From: Stramenopiles sp. TOSAG23-2
Lineage: Eukaryota
Direction of reading: 5' to 3'
Assembly: GCA_900128395.1 (NCBI GenBank)
Contig: LT649315.1
Location: forward strand, 1-38,968
Length of the DNA stretch: 38,968 bases
Shown here: positions 21,863-32,065 of the stretch, one piece after another
How positions within the stretch are numbered: position 1 is the stretch's first letter
Layout: each line of letters opens with the position of its first letter
Notes under the pieces: generated by a model
What the model was told of the DNA's origin: nothing
Seen by the model: the letters and a program-made list of their open reading frames with translations, nothing else
The model's database searches: none
Translations under genes and position numbers: made by a program

Positions 21863-21961
21863 ATAAATAGGCTTTTTGGGGTGTTTATTGTGTACTAAAT
21901 TGTAGTCTAATATAAAATAGGATTTTTAGGGTGTTTATTTTGTACTTAGTTGTAGTCTAAA
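21863..21961. repeat. About 50-bp diverged tandem repeat (2 copies)
   Basis: AAATAGG.TTTTT.GGGTGTTTATT.TGTACT...TTGTAGTCTAA occurs twice in succession. Confidence 0.8.
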
Positions 21962-22217
21962 TATAGACATTGCTTTTGATTATTACGAAATGAGGCGATA
22001 TTTGTTATTGAAAAAAAACCGTCAAGAAACAAAAAGTCAAGAAACAAAAAAAGACGTGCGTTTGAACACAAGGAGTTGATCCCGTCAGGGGTTGATAAAT
22101 GTTCTCTCTCTTGATGTTCGTATGTTCGTAGCGATTTTCATGCTCGTATTATTTTATAAAGCAGATGGTTACATATACGTGTGTGAAGAGGAAAAGATCT
22201 AGTGTGAGGAGTGTAAA

Positions 22218-22451
22218 ATTATAATAATAAAAATGTAGAGAGCGTGGGTCTTACTTCTAGACTTGGTTCTTTTGTAAATTTGTTTTATTTTTATTTCAAT
22301 TCTACTTCACTGTGATATGTTTTATATATATAGATTATAATAATAAAAATGTAGAGAGCGTGGGTCTTACTTCTAGACTTGGTTCTTTTGTAAATTTGTT
22401 TTATTTTTATTTCAATTCTACTTCACTGTGATATGTTTTATATATATAGAT
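22218..22451. repeat. 116-bp exact tandem duplication
   Basis: ATTATAATAATAAAAATGTAGAGAGCGTGGG... at 22218 and 22334. Confidence 0.95.
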
Positions 22452-22917
22452 ATAGATACATCATATATAAGCCAATACATCAACTACCAATATAAACGAT
22501 ACATTGTTCATATGGATATAAAGAATCCAAAACAATTGATTTATATACTTTACAAACATCATTTCATTTCTTTATATATATAATATATATCATCGAAGTA
22601 ACATCGCTCCTTGTCTTTTCATTTTTTTTTCCCTTTTTTTTATAAATTTTATTTGTGTGATATATATACTCTTTTTTATTTTCAATAATCCACAAAAACA
22701 TTTTATATATGTGATTCTCGTTATTATTTCATTTATTACATACGAATAATCATTGAAAATCAAACTAAATAATCAACAAGCAAGATAATATTATAATATA
22801 TTATTTGTGTTTCACTTTTCTACATCATATATATACGTAAATATACAATCAATGTATATATATATATATATATACAATATCTATAGAAAAGTTCCATATG
22901 TATATATATATAAAAGT

Positions 22918-23439
22918 TTAAACATCATATTTGTCTTTGTCATGTCTACTTTCGAATTTTGCTTTTTCTTGATCATAAATTTCTTTCAAACGTGCAGCTT
23001 CTTCTTGGTACTTCCTTTTGGAGTTATCTGCTAAGCCTCTCCATTCTTCACCTAAAATTTTAGCAACGTCCGTAACTTTTGCTTCTGGTTGTTCCGCTTT
23101 AATTTGTGGACGACGGTCTTTAGCAAATAAAAAGAATGATGTTGGGGAACGTTTTGGTCCACTGTTTGCATTTTTCATTGCCAAATATTCTGCTTTGACT
23201 TTTTCGTATTTCTTTTTCTCGGTTTCAGCTTGTGCATAGAATTCGTTTTTCTCATGCTCTCTCAAGTTTCTCCATTCTTCACCTAATGCTTTTGCAACTT
23301 GTGTAACACCTGCACCTGGTGCAGCACGTTTAATGTGTTGACGTCTGGTAGCAGCAAATAAAAAGAATGCAGTTGGTGGACGTTTTGGTGCGTCTGGATC
23401 TTTTTTTTGTCCTTTTTTACGTTGTGCGGTACGTGGCAT
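22918..23439 (-). CDS. HMGB-type protein with two HMG boxes
   Basis: KKDPDAPKRPPTAFFLF...VAKALGEEWRNL, and a second box PKRSPTSFFLF...VAKILGEEWRGL. There is no long acidic tail. Confidence 0.95.
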   Translation of the reverse strand: MPRTAQRKKGQKKDPDAPKRPPTAFFLFAATRRQHIKRAAPGAGVTQVAKALGEEWRNLREHEKNEFYAQAETEKKKYEKVKAEYLAMKNANSGPKRSPTSFFLFAKDRRPQIKAEQPEAKVTDVAKILGEEWRGLADNSKRKYQEEAARLKEIYDQEKAKFESRHDKDKYDV

Positions 23440-23768
23440 GTTTGTTGTTTTTGTTGTCTTAATTAATTAGAATATATAAATGTTAAATACAATAATTGTT
23501 ATTGTTTTCTTTTGTGTCTATCAAGAAATGTTTCTATTTCCATGCGTTTCCTATACATAGTAGGTCTTTTTGATGATTTTTTATTCTTTTTTTTATGTTG
23601 ATGTCATCTAATTATGGTAGTTTAGTATTCTAATATTCCTTTCAAGTATAAAAAATGAACATTTGCTAGGAGGAAATATTGATAGGTTTGTTTTAATGTA
23701 TACTAATATATTAGAGGTTGTGTATATGTTAAATGTAAATATAAGTTATACTTAATAAAATGATCTCG

Positions 23769-24020
23769 TCGAAGCAAAAAGATGGAAAAGGTCTTGGATT
23801 TTGAATATTTGAATATTTCTTTTAATATTGGCGCCCCCCCGTTATTTTCATGGAGGTGATATGCTGTGCCTTGCTAATATTGACATACCATGGATCGAAG
23901 CAAAAAGATGGAAAAGGTCTTGGATTTTGAATATTTGAATATTTCTTTTAATATTGGCGCCCCCCCGTTATTTTCATGGAGGTGATATGCTGTGCCTTGC
24001 TAATATTGACATACCATGGA
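23769..24020. repeat. 126-bp tandem duplication at the head of the 61-bp array
   Basis: TCGAAGCAAAAAGATGGAAAAGG... at 23769 and 23895; each copy ends in a partial 61-bp unit. Confidence 0.95.
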
Positions 24021-24443
24021 CATAGCACCGTTATTTTCAGGGAGGTAGTGCTGTGCCTTGCTAATAGTGACATACCATTGACATAGCACCGTTATTTTCA
24101 TGGAGGTAGTGCTGTGCTGATGCTAATAGTGAAATACCATTGACATAGCACCGTTATTTTCATGGAGGTAATGCTGTGCCTTGCTAATAGTGAAATACCA
24201 TTGACATAGCACCGTTATTTTCATGGAGGTAGTGCTGTGCTGATGCTAATAGTGAAATACCATTGACATAGCACCGTTATTTTCATGGAGGTAATGCTGT
24301 GCCTTGCTAATAGTGAAATACCATTGACATAGCACCGTTATTTTCATGGAGGTAGTGCTGTGCTCATGCTGCCAAGAAATACCATTGACATAGCACCGTT
24401 ATTTTCATGGAGGTGATGCTGTATGCTGTGCCATGCTAATAGT
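24021..24443. repeat. 61/62-bp minisatellite, about 7 copies
   Basis: Consensus CATAGCACCGTTATTTTCATGGAGGTAGTGCTGTGCCTTGCTAATAGTGAAATACCATTGA, with units starting at 24021, 24082, 24144, 24205, 24267, 24328 and 24389. Confidence 0.95.
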
Positions 24444-24505
24444 ACACAGGTATTTTTACTCTTCATTTTTCACATACCACATATTACAAGATACATTAGT
24501 GCGTA

Positions 24506-25231
24506 TTAAACTTCACTCTCCTCACTTCTCCCTGGATGTACTTTCTTACCACGGCAACATTGCATCAACCCAAACACAACTAACATCCCAATCCATATAA
24601 ACATCCAAGAATACCTAATAATATCCTCTTGAAGCCATCCTTGTCCATTTAAAAACGTATAAACTGACAATACCACTACAAATATATAAGATGCTTTTGT
24701 CCAGTGGTTTATTGACCATAAATATTGACATGGAGATTTTAGATGGATATACAATGCCAATAACAAGTTGCATAATACTACGATAATTAATCGAATCACA
24801 GATGATTCCGAAAATACCACAGTTGCTGTACCAATTGCCATATCTATACCAATTTGCCATAATTGAAACGATTGAGTCCAACGAACACTAGATGCTTTTG
24901 ACTTGAAAAAAAAATAGACAGTTTCCTCATCTGATTTAGATTCCATAAATTGGCTACCAATTACAGTAGCAGTTGGAACTAAAAAAATCAAAAGACCTAA
25001 TGCTATAGATGCATATAATTGATGTGTTGGACCCCAACAGATTACGTTGTCATGTACTGCCATAGTAGCAACTGCTGTTGTGCTAGTGGACATCACTGCC
25101 GTACTATTATTGAACATTATCGTACTACTATTAAACACCACCGTGCTATTATTGGCCACCGCCGTAGATTGAACAGAAGCCTTTTTGATCACCATTTCGT
25201 CGTTTTTTTTTTGCATTTTCATACAATCCAA
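24506..25231 (-). CDS. Multi-pass membrane protein, probably a 5'-truncated fragment
   Basis: LDC...ICWGPTHQLYASIALGLLIFLVP followed by about four more TM segments resembles the C-terminal half of common protist multi-TM domains. An in-frame TAA lies a few codons upstream. Confidence 0.55.
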   Translation of the reverse strand: MDCMKMQKKNDEMVIKKASVQSTAVANNSTVVFNSSTIMFNNSTAVMSTSTTAVATMAVHDNVICWGPTHQLYASIALGLLIFLVPTATVIGSQFMESKSDEETVYFFFKSKASSVRWTQSFQLWQIGIDMAIGTATVVFSESSVIRLIIVVLCNLLLALYIHLKSPCQYLWSINHWTKASYIFVVVLSVYTFLNGQGWLQEDIIRYSWMFIWIGMLVVFGLMQCCRGKKVHPGRSEESEV

Positions 25232-25291
25232 TTGCTTCTTCTTCTGTTAACGACATGTTTCTTTTACACTAATGATACAAATATATATCCC

Positions 25292-25354
25292 ACACACATC
25301 TACACATCTACACACATCTACACACATCTGCACATCTACACACATCTACACACA
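25292..25354. repeat. (CACACATCTA)n-type 10-12 bp microsatellite
   Basis: Repeated CACATCTA(CA) units. Confidence 0.9.
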
Positions 25355-25544
25355 AATCACAAATGGTAAATGGTAAAACGTAAAACAGAGATATAATTTG
25401 ACAATTGACAATACACACTGCTGTGCAATGCTATAATAGTGTTAAATAGTGAAATACCATGGGGATACGTAGAAACAGCATCACAAGACCGTCCTGAAAT
25501 AAGACCAAATACCAATAGTAAACGTTAAGACGTATTGTGTGACA

Positions 25545-25697
25545 TTTTTAGATTTCCCACCCTATCAAATGACCCATAAGTTATACTTAAATGGGACATT
25601 AGAATACATTTTGCTGCAATTCTTTTTAGATTTCCCACCCTATCAAATGTCCCATAAGTTATACTTAAATGATAAATTAGAATACAATTTTCTGCAT
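25545..25697. repeat. 78-bp diverged tandem repeat (2 copies)
   Basis: TTTTTAGATTTCCCACCCTATCAAATG.CCCATAAGTTATACTTAAATG at 25545 and 25623. Confidence 0.9.
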
Positions 25698-26042
25698 CGA
25701 GACTTCTTCTTCTTCCTTAAAACATTTTATATTTTGAAAATAAAAAATATTTTTTCATAAAAAACAAACAAACTAAAAAAACAAAAGTTGTTGTTGCACA
25801 ATCGTTTATCCGAATGTTGTGAAAAAAGTGAAAAAACACAAAGAAATTCAATCATTTACTGTAGTATAACATTTTAGACAATACCCGAAAGCAACAAAAC
25901 GCCCCGCATTCATAAAACCATTCAAACAACTGAGAGAAAAAAAAAATACATATTTTTTTCATACAAATTTATAAAAAAATATCATTTCAACATTATTCAC
26001 TTTTAGTTAGTTCTATATATATAATAAAGAAACACACAAAAC

Positions 26043-26903
26043 ATGGACTTACAACGATTTCAAAATCCAGGGCATAACATGTCATTTGGTATTCAAAGTG
26101 ACGGTGCAACCAAGAACAATAAAAATGAAAAAAATGATAATATTACAAACGCGCCTTCTCATCGTAGCGACTCACGTAATAGCAATGACAAACGTGTATC
26201 AAATCATAATATCAATGATATGGAAAATAAATTACCAAATGATATGAACCAAAATAATACGTCGTTGAACTTCACCTCAAAATCGAGTATTAATAATGAT
26301 AGTAGTAATATCATCAATGCTTCGTCTAATAAAAATTCACGCAATGATACTGGCAACAATAATATTATTCGACCTATTATTAAAAAGCATGTTTACAATG
26401 ATCCATCTACATCATCACCATCGACAACGACGACGACAACGACGACGACAAATAATCGATTAAAAAATAATAATAATATTCATATTGAAAACAATCAACA
26501 ACAACAATCTACAAATAACAATCATAATAATCGTAATCATATGATTTCACCACGTAATAATAATAATAACAACAATGACGGTAATATGATGATGCCAGTA
26601 ATTCGAAGAAGACCTGATAACAACAACAATCATCCACAAGCAATACAACTTGTAAATGAATGTAATAAAACATCAGAAGATTATGCAAATGAATTATCAA
26701 AAACGGAAGAATGGTGTGAAGCAGTTATACGTGATATGCGTCAAAAAAAAGATGATTTGGAAGATACAAAAATGCAATTAGCGTTTTTAGTCTGTAGCTG
26801 TTTCGAAACATTTGATCCTAGTTTGTATTCAGAAATTGAAAAACTCCATTCAAATTTAAAATCAGTAACAAAACCATCAGAATATCATTCATCATCAGAT
26901 TAA
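26043..26903 (+). CDS. Asn/Thr-rich low-complexity protein with C-terminal coiled-coil/helical domain
   Basis: 286-aa ATG-started ORF; about 200 disordered residues followed by heptad-like EDYANELSKTEEWCEAVIRDMRQKKDDLEDTKMQL. Confidence 0.7.
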   Translation: MDLQRFQNPGHNMSFGIQSDGATKNNKNEKNDNITNAPSHRSDSRNSNDKRVSNHNINDMENKLPNDMNQNNTSLNFTSKSSINNDSSNIINASSNKNSRNDTGNNNIIRPIIKKHVYNDPSTSSPSTTTTTTTTTNNRLKNNNNIHIENNQQQQSTNNNHNNRNHMISPRNNNNNNNDGNMMMPVIRRRPDNNNNHPQAIQLVNECNKTSEDYANELSKTEEWCEAVIRDMRQKKDDLEDTKMQLAFLVCSCFETFDPSLYSEIEKLHSNLKSVTKPSEYHSSSD

Positions 26904-27568
26904 TAGAATTTATAGAATGTGTAAATGACATAGATATATATATTTATACTCGTATGTGAGAATGAAAAGAAAAGAAACATGTTGCATATATATATTATAT
27001 ATATTTGAGAGAGATTTTACTCGTGAAAAAAAAATGAAAAACAATTTATATAAAAAAAATGCGTGCCACGCACACAATTATAATATACTTGAGATATGAT
27101 TTTAATACATATGCGCTATATTTTAAATGTGTGTGAAACACAATATAAAAACGTAATGCCACCGTACATTATATTTTTTATTGAAAACATTAAAAAACAC
27201 AAAAAAAGAGAGAGAGAGACGGCGCCATCACACGTTTACTTTGAAAACACCAAATAACAAAAATTTTAATAAAAATACATCGTCGAAAATGGAAGGGAAA
27301 AAAAACAACTATTTATACTTCGTATATATATATATATACGTCGTATATCAAATCATATATTTTGTTAAAAACAAAATTGGTGCGTATCATTTACCGAACA
27401 GTAAAAAGAGTTTTGCAAAGCGACGTCCGTGCGTGCGATATTAAAAAAACAAGCACTCCAAAACCACCGATATAAAAACTAATATCAAAAAAATATATGA
27501 TGTATCTCATACATATTTATATTCAAAATGATGGGTGTGTAAAATATTACCACACGCTCAGCGCTCTT

Positions 27569-29498
27569 TTACAACTTTGCTTTAATATTATTATTATCAT
27601 TAGAACCAGCATGGCCATGACCACCACTGCCAATTAAAAATCGTGCTAAATCAAAATTGACATCACTACTAATTAAATGATTGATATTTGCATATGATAC
27701 AACATCAATCGTGGCATCATCATCATCATCATCATCACTACTAAGATGATGCATCATCATTTTACTATTATCACCATCATTCGAAGAAGAAAAAGATCGA
27801 TTTTTTCTTGTTATTTCAAATAAACATGTAGATGTATTGACTAACGTAGCTTGTGCATTCATACTCATTTGCCAATTTTCTCTACCAAAAAAAAACACTA
27901 TTAAACATCGTTGCCATGATACCACCATGACAACCTATTATAATTAATCCACCACCAGACATTTCTTCATGCAATTCTTTACTTTTTAACCAATTTGCTA
28001 CTTGTTCACATCGTTTTAATAATTGATCCCACATTTTTGGCATCATGGATCCACCTTCTGATGGATATAAAACTGATGCAGGTAATGGATATGTCATCGA
28101 TCCTTCTGGAAAAATAGGACCATTGTTGTTTGAACAATATTGTGATGTATTTAATCTTGGTTCATGTTCATTTAATTCATCTGCCGTGATGTGTAAACGA
28201 TCTAAACCTTCCTTTTCCCATAAAATAGCAAATTCTTTCATCCCTGGCATTGGTGGACCATGTGGACTTATCTCATGTAAATCATCACGTATATATATAT
28301 CTTGATTACAACTCGTTGCTAATGGCAATATCGTATTCCATGCACGATTCAATACAGATGCAACAAATTTCACTTTAATACCATTGTTAATAATAGATTG
28401 TATGGATTGTTTATAATAATCAGTAAATTTATTCATTTCATTTACACCAACAGATGTTAATGGTGGGTCTACAGGATATTTATCTTTATGAATTAATTGT
28501 AATAATTCCGTTTCTGTTGGTTTTGTCTTTCCATTAAAATATTTTCGTAATAATGAATTAGAAATAGATTCACCATGACGTACAAATAATATTCTTACTT
28601 TCTTATTTCCACGACTTAATAAACGACTTGAATCAATTCTTCCATCACCATTACTTTCTTTAATTAAATGATCTTCATTATTATATGTTAATAAATCACA
28701 TGTTGTTTTTGTAATTGACATTAATGTTGTTGATGAATTTTTTAAATTCACATTAAATTTCCAATCTTTACAATTTAAAATAGATTTTAATATTAAACGT
28801 GATAAAAATGCTGCATGCGATGCAATAATCAATAAACCATTAGATCCCATTTCATTTTGTAATTCATCTGATTGTAACCATTGTTTTACATTATTACCAC
28901 GTGTTGTTACTTGTTCTAAAAATGTACCTGTCATACCAATTGATAGATCTTCTTCTGGATATGTATCGATTGGATCAAATCCAGGATGCAATGAACCATC
29001 TTGTAAGATTGATCCATTTTGATTACAATATTGTTTTGTATTTAATCTTGGTTCTATTTCATGTAATTCATTTGCTGTTACCAATATACGATCTTTTTTC
29101 TTTTCAGCAATTAATTTTGCATATTTACGTATACCTGGAATTGGTGGGCCAGCACCAACTTCATGTAAATCATCACGTATATATATATCTTTATTTAATG
29201 CTTTTGCTAACGGTAATATTGTACCCCATGCACGTTTTTGTATTGATGAAACAAATTTTATTTTATTATCATCATTATTATTAATGATTTGTTTCAATGG
29301 ATTGATATAAAAATCTTTTAATATATTTGCTTGTTGTTTTCCAAGTGAACTTAAATTACGATCGACCATTGGACCATCTGTTTCATTTATTAATTTTAAT
29401 ATTGCTTCTGTTGATGGTGGCGGACCTCCTGGGTTAAATAAAGTATTTGATGTTACATTTTCTTCACTTTCCCCATGCCGTATGAATAAAACACGCAT
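27569..29498 (-). CDS. Tandem histidine-phosphatase (phosphoglycerate mutase family) protein, frameshifted near 27890
   Basis: Two domains, starting VLFIRHGES and ILFVRHGES, each with S...RA..T, DDLHE and a second His (ASH/GCH). The missing end of domain 2 (LVNTSTCLFEI...VVSYANINHL, parallel to LKNSSTTLMSI...LLTYNNEDHL in domain 1) lies in the 27569..27928 frame. Confidence 0.85.
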
Positions 29499-29791
29499 TG
29501 TTGTATCAAAAAAGTCCTAAAAATTATAATAATAAAATTAAAAATGCCTAAATTTAAATTTGTAATAAAATAAAAAAATAAAAATATATATATATGTATT
29601 TATATTATCTACAATAAAAATTCGCGAGGGGGGGGAAAACAAACACTAATATATATATATATAATACAATCTTATCAATATATATATGCATTACACAATT
29701 TTAAAATTCGTATTTGCCATTATATATATATATATATTATAACGTCATTGATACTCATTTTACTGAAAAAAAAGTCTGTTGTCGCCAAATA

Positions 29792-30120
29792 CAGTCGATC
29801 AGATTAAGATCTGGAAAAACACCCCCCTCCGATTAAACGCCTCCTTTCCTCCAAAATTTTTACATTGAAGTACAATATTAGTATAATATAATTTAACTAC
29901 TTGATAGGAAATCGACGAAAAAATGTAACAAATTTGATAGAATAAAATTGCGTATCAAAACAGTACAAAAATTGTTCCATTTTTTGCGATTTTTTGTCGA
30001 TTTCCTATCAAGTAGTTACATTGTAGTATACTAATATTGTACTTCAATATAAAAATGTTGGAGGAAAAGAGGCGTTTAATCGGAGGGAGGTGAGATTCTC
30101 GATTTAGATCTGATCGACTG
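29792..30120. mobile_element. Tc1/mariner(pogo)-type MITE, 329 bp, near-palindromic
   Basis: Ends are TA|CAGTCGATCAGAT and ATCTGATCGACTG|TA, giving a TA target duplication and CAGT termini. The arms stay complementary for about 140 bp (CCCTCCGATTAAACGCCTC / GAGGCGTTTAATCGGAGGG; TAACTACTTGATAGGAAATCGAC / GTCGATTTCCTATCAAGTAGTTA). Confidence 0.9.
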
Positions 30121-30626
30121 TAGTAGTCGTCCAAAGTCCAAAGGAAGGAGTAAGACACAGAAAAGAAAAAAATGCTGAAGAACAATTATTCCGATTAGAT
30201 CTGATAAATATAACATTATTTGTATGTTAACCACACGTGTTTTTTATTGAATTTTGTTGTTTGGAATAGAATGTGGGGTAAACCCCGTCGTGAAAGGCAT
30301 TAATACTTATCATCTTTCTGTATATATATATGTAGGTTTTGATTTCACATTGCATTATTTTGCATGTTGGTTAATTTTATATTATTAGTGGCATTATATA
30401 TATATTATATACATAAATATATACTGCATATAGATTTCTTGTTACAAAACAAAATTGTCTTATTTTTTTTTTTTCTAGTAGAGATATAATTATTTCATTT
30501 TTATATATTATTTTTATTATACTCCACGTGTGAAATTTAGAAATTCCAATCCAATAAGATTTGATTTTTTATTTTGATAACATTGTATATATATATATAT
30601 ATAATAAAACAACACATAAAACCAAA

Positions 30627-31685
30627 ATGGCCCAATCGATTAAAACAAGCAATCCAAACATGCCACATTTTGCATTTACATACGATGTTGAACCATTACA
30701 ACATATACAAGTTAATTATGGATATGTTAAAAATAATGAAAATATATCTTTACGATATGCTGTAATGAATGATGATACTCACGTTCATAAAAATAATAAT
30801 TATAATAAGAACAACAACATTATTATAACACCAGGTGGGCAACGTGGTATTAAAGAAGTACTTGGTTTTGCAACATATTTAGCAAATGAAACAAATGATT
30901 TAAGAATCATAGTATGGGATCGACGAAATATGGGTCAATCTGGTTTTTCCTTTAATGGCACACCATTGGAAATCGATGAAGCAGAAGATTTAAAAAGTAT
31001 AATTGAACAAGTTTGTAATGGATATGCAAGTGTATATGGTGTTAGTTCCGGTGCACGTACAAATTTAATATTAGCATTGAAGTATCCACATTTAATTAGA
31101 ACAATGTTTTTAGCACCACCAACTGTAAGTATTAAAATATAAACATTATATCTCAATATTTAATACGCGTGTTACTAACTAATAATTATATTTATAAAAA
31201 TATTTACACTACAGGGGGGTGGGCGTATTGCAAAAACTTTAGCTAAAATGTATTATTATCAATACATTGATGATAAAGCTAAATTAAAATATAATTCAAT
31301 GAAGGATATTGCATCTTTACCATATTATCAAATATATTTAAAAAACATGTCAAATGAAAAAGAACGTCAACAATTTTTAAATATACCATTTCAGCAATAT
31401 ATAGAAACAATGCAATTAAGTGGCGATTTTTTAATACAATATAGTAATGATATTTTATTAGGCTGTACGGATGATGAATTGACACAAATACATACACCAA
31501 CAATGATCTTTCATCATGGTTCAAAGACAGATTTTGCACATACGATTGAAAGTGCAAGGAATGCTTGTATGAAAATGCCAAATTGTAAATTAATCATAGC
31601 ACCAAATCGTGAAATAACTTTTCAACATATGATACCATTTATTATTGAAAATGGTGGTAGTGGTGATGGTGATAGTAAATTGTAA
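30627..31685 (+). CDS. Alpha/beta hydrolase, two exons (30627-31124, 31215-31685)
   Basis: TPGG oxyanion loop, WDRRNMGQS, and nucleophile elbow GVSSGAR. Splicing joins LAPPT to GGGRIAKTLAKMYYYQYI in phase 0. Confidence 0.85.
31125..31214 (+). other. 90-nt GT-AG spliceosomal intron
   Basis: Donor GTAAGT at 31125, branch point TACTAAC at 31173-31179, acceptor TACAG ending at 31214. Removal fuses two ORFs in frame. Confidence 0.9.
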
Positions 31686-31936
31686 AGAGCGTATATATAT
31701 AATTATAAATAAGAGAATTTTTTATATATATATAATTTGTAGAAATCTACAAGCTAAAGTGATCAAAGCCGCGGCTTTTTGCCACAACCGTGCACTTCAA
31801 GATCTTTAAGTATCCACTACCGACAGCTGCATCATCTTCATCTTCATCACGCCATCCACCCATAGAACCTCTTGGATGATCATGTCTCCAGCCACTATAA
31901 GTTGGCTCGTTGTTTGTTCTCCAATTTTTCGTATAT

Positions 31937-32065
31937 TCAAGATAACCGCCTATTACTTGCAACACATGTTTTGCATCGTGAGTTGCCAGGCCCTTTGTTC
32001 CATTGGCTTTTACTGAATGCAGTGTTGCTATAAGTCTCTAAACAAGATGTACATTCTCTTATCAT
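31937..32065 (-). CDS. Stc1-like C4 zinc-finger module (42 aa), out of frame with the upstream gene
   Basis: Manual translation MIRECTSCLETYSNTAFSKSQWNKGPGNSRCKTCVASNRRLS* matches the CxxC-x7-FSKxQW-x7-RCKxC pattern. Confidence 0.7.
   Translation of the reverse strand: MIRECTSCLETYSNTAFSKSQWNKGPGNSRCKTCVASNRRLS

Noticed and set aside
24021-24443. CRISPR array
   Set aside because: The units are contiguous near-identical repeats with no unique spacers, there are no cas genes, and the context is eukaryotic.
24444-25444. Processed retrocopy
   Set aside because: No poly(A) tract at the expected 3' end of the minus-strand insert.
11767-32065. Genome-wide Euplotes-like programmed +1 frameshifting explaining all frame breaks
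   Set aside because: The breaks have different signs and contexts (T9 run, gene chimera, ATGA overlap), and most long ORFs are uninterrupted.
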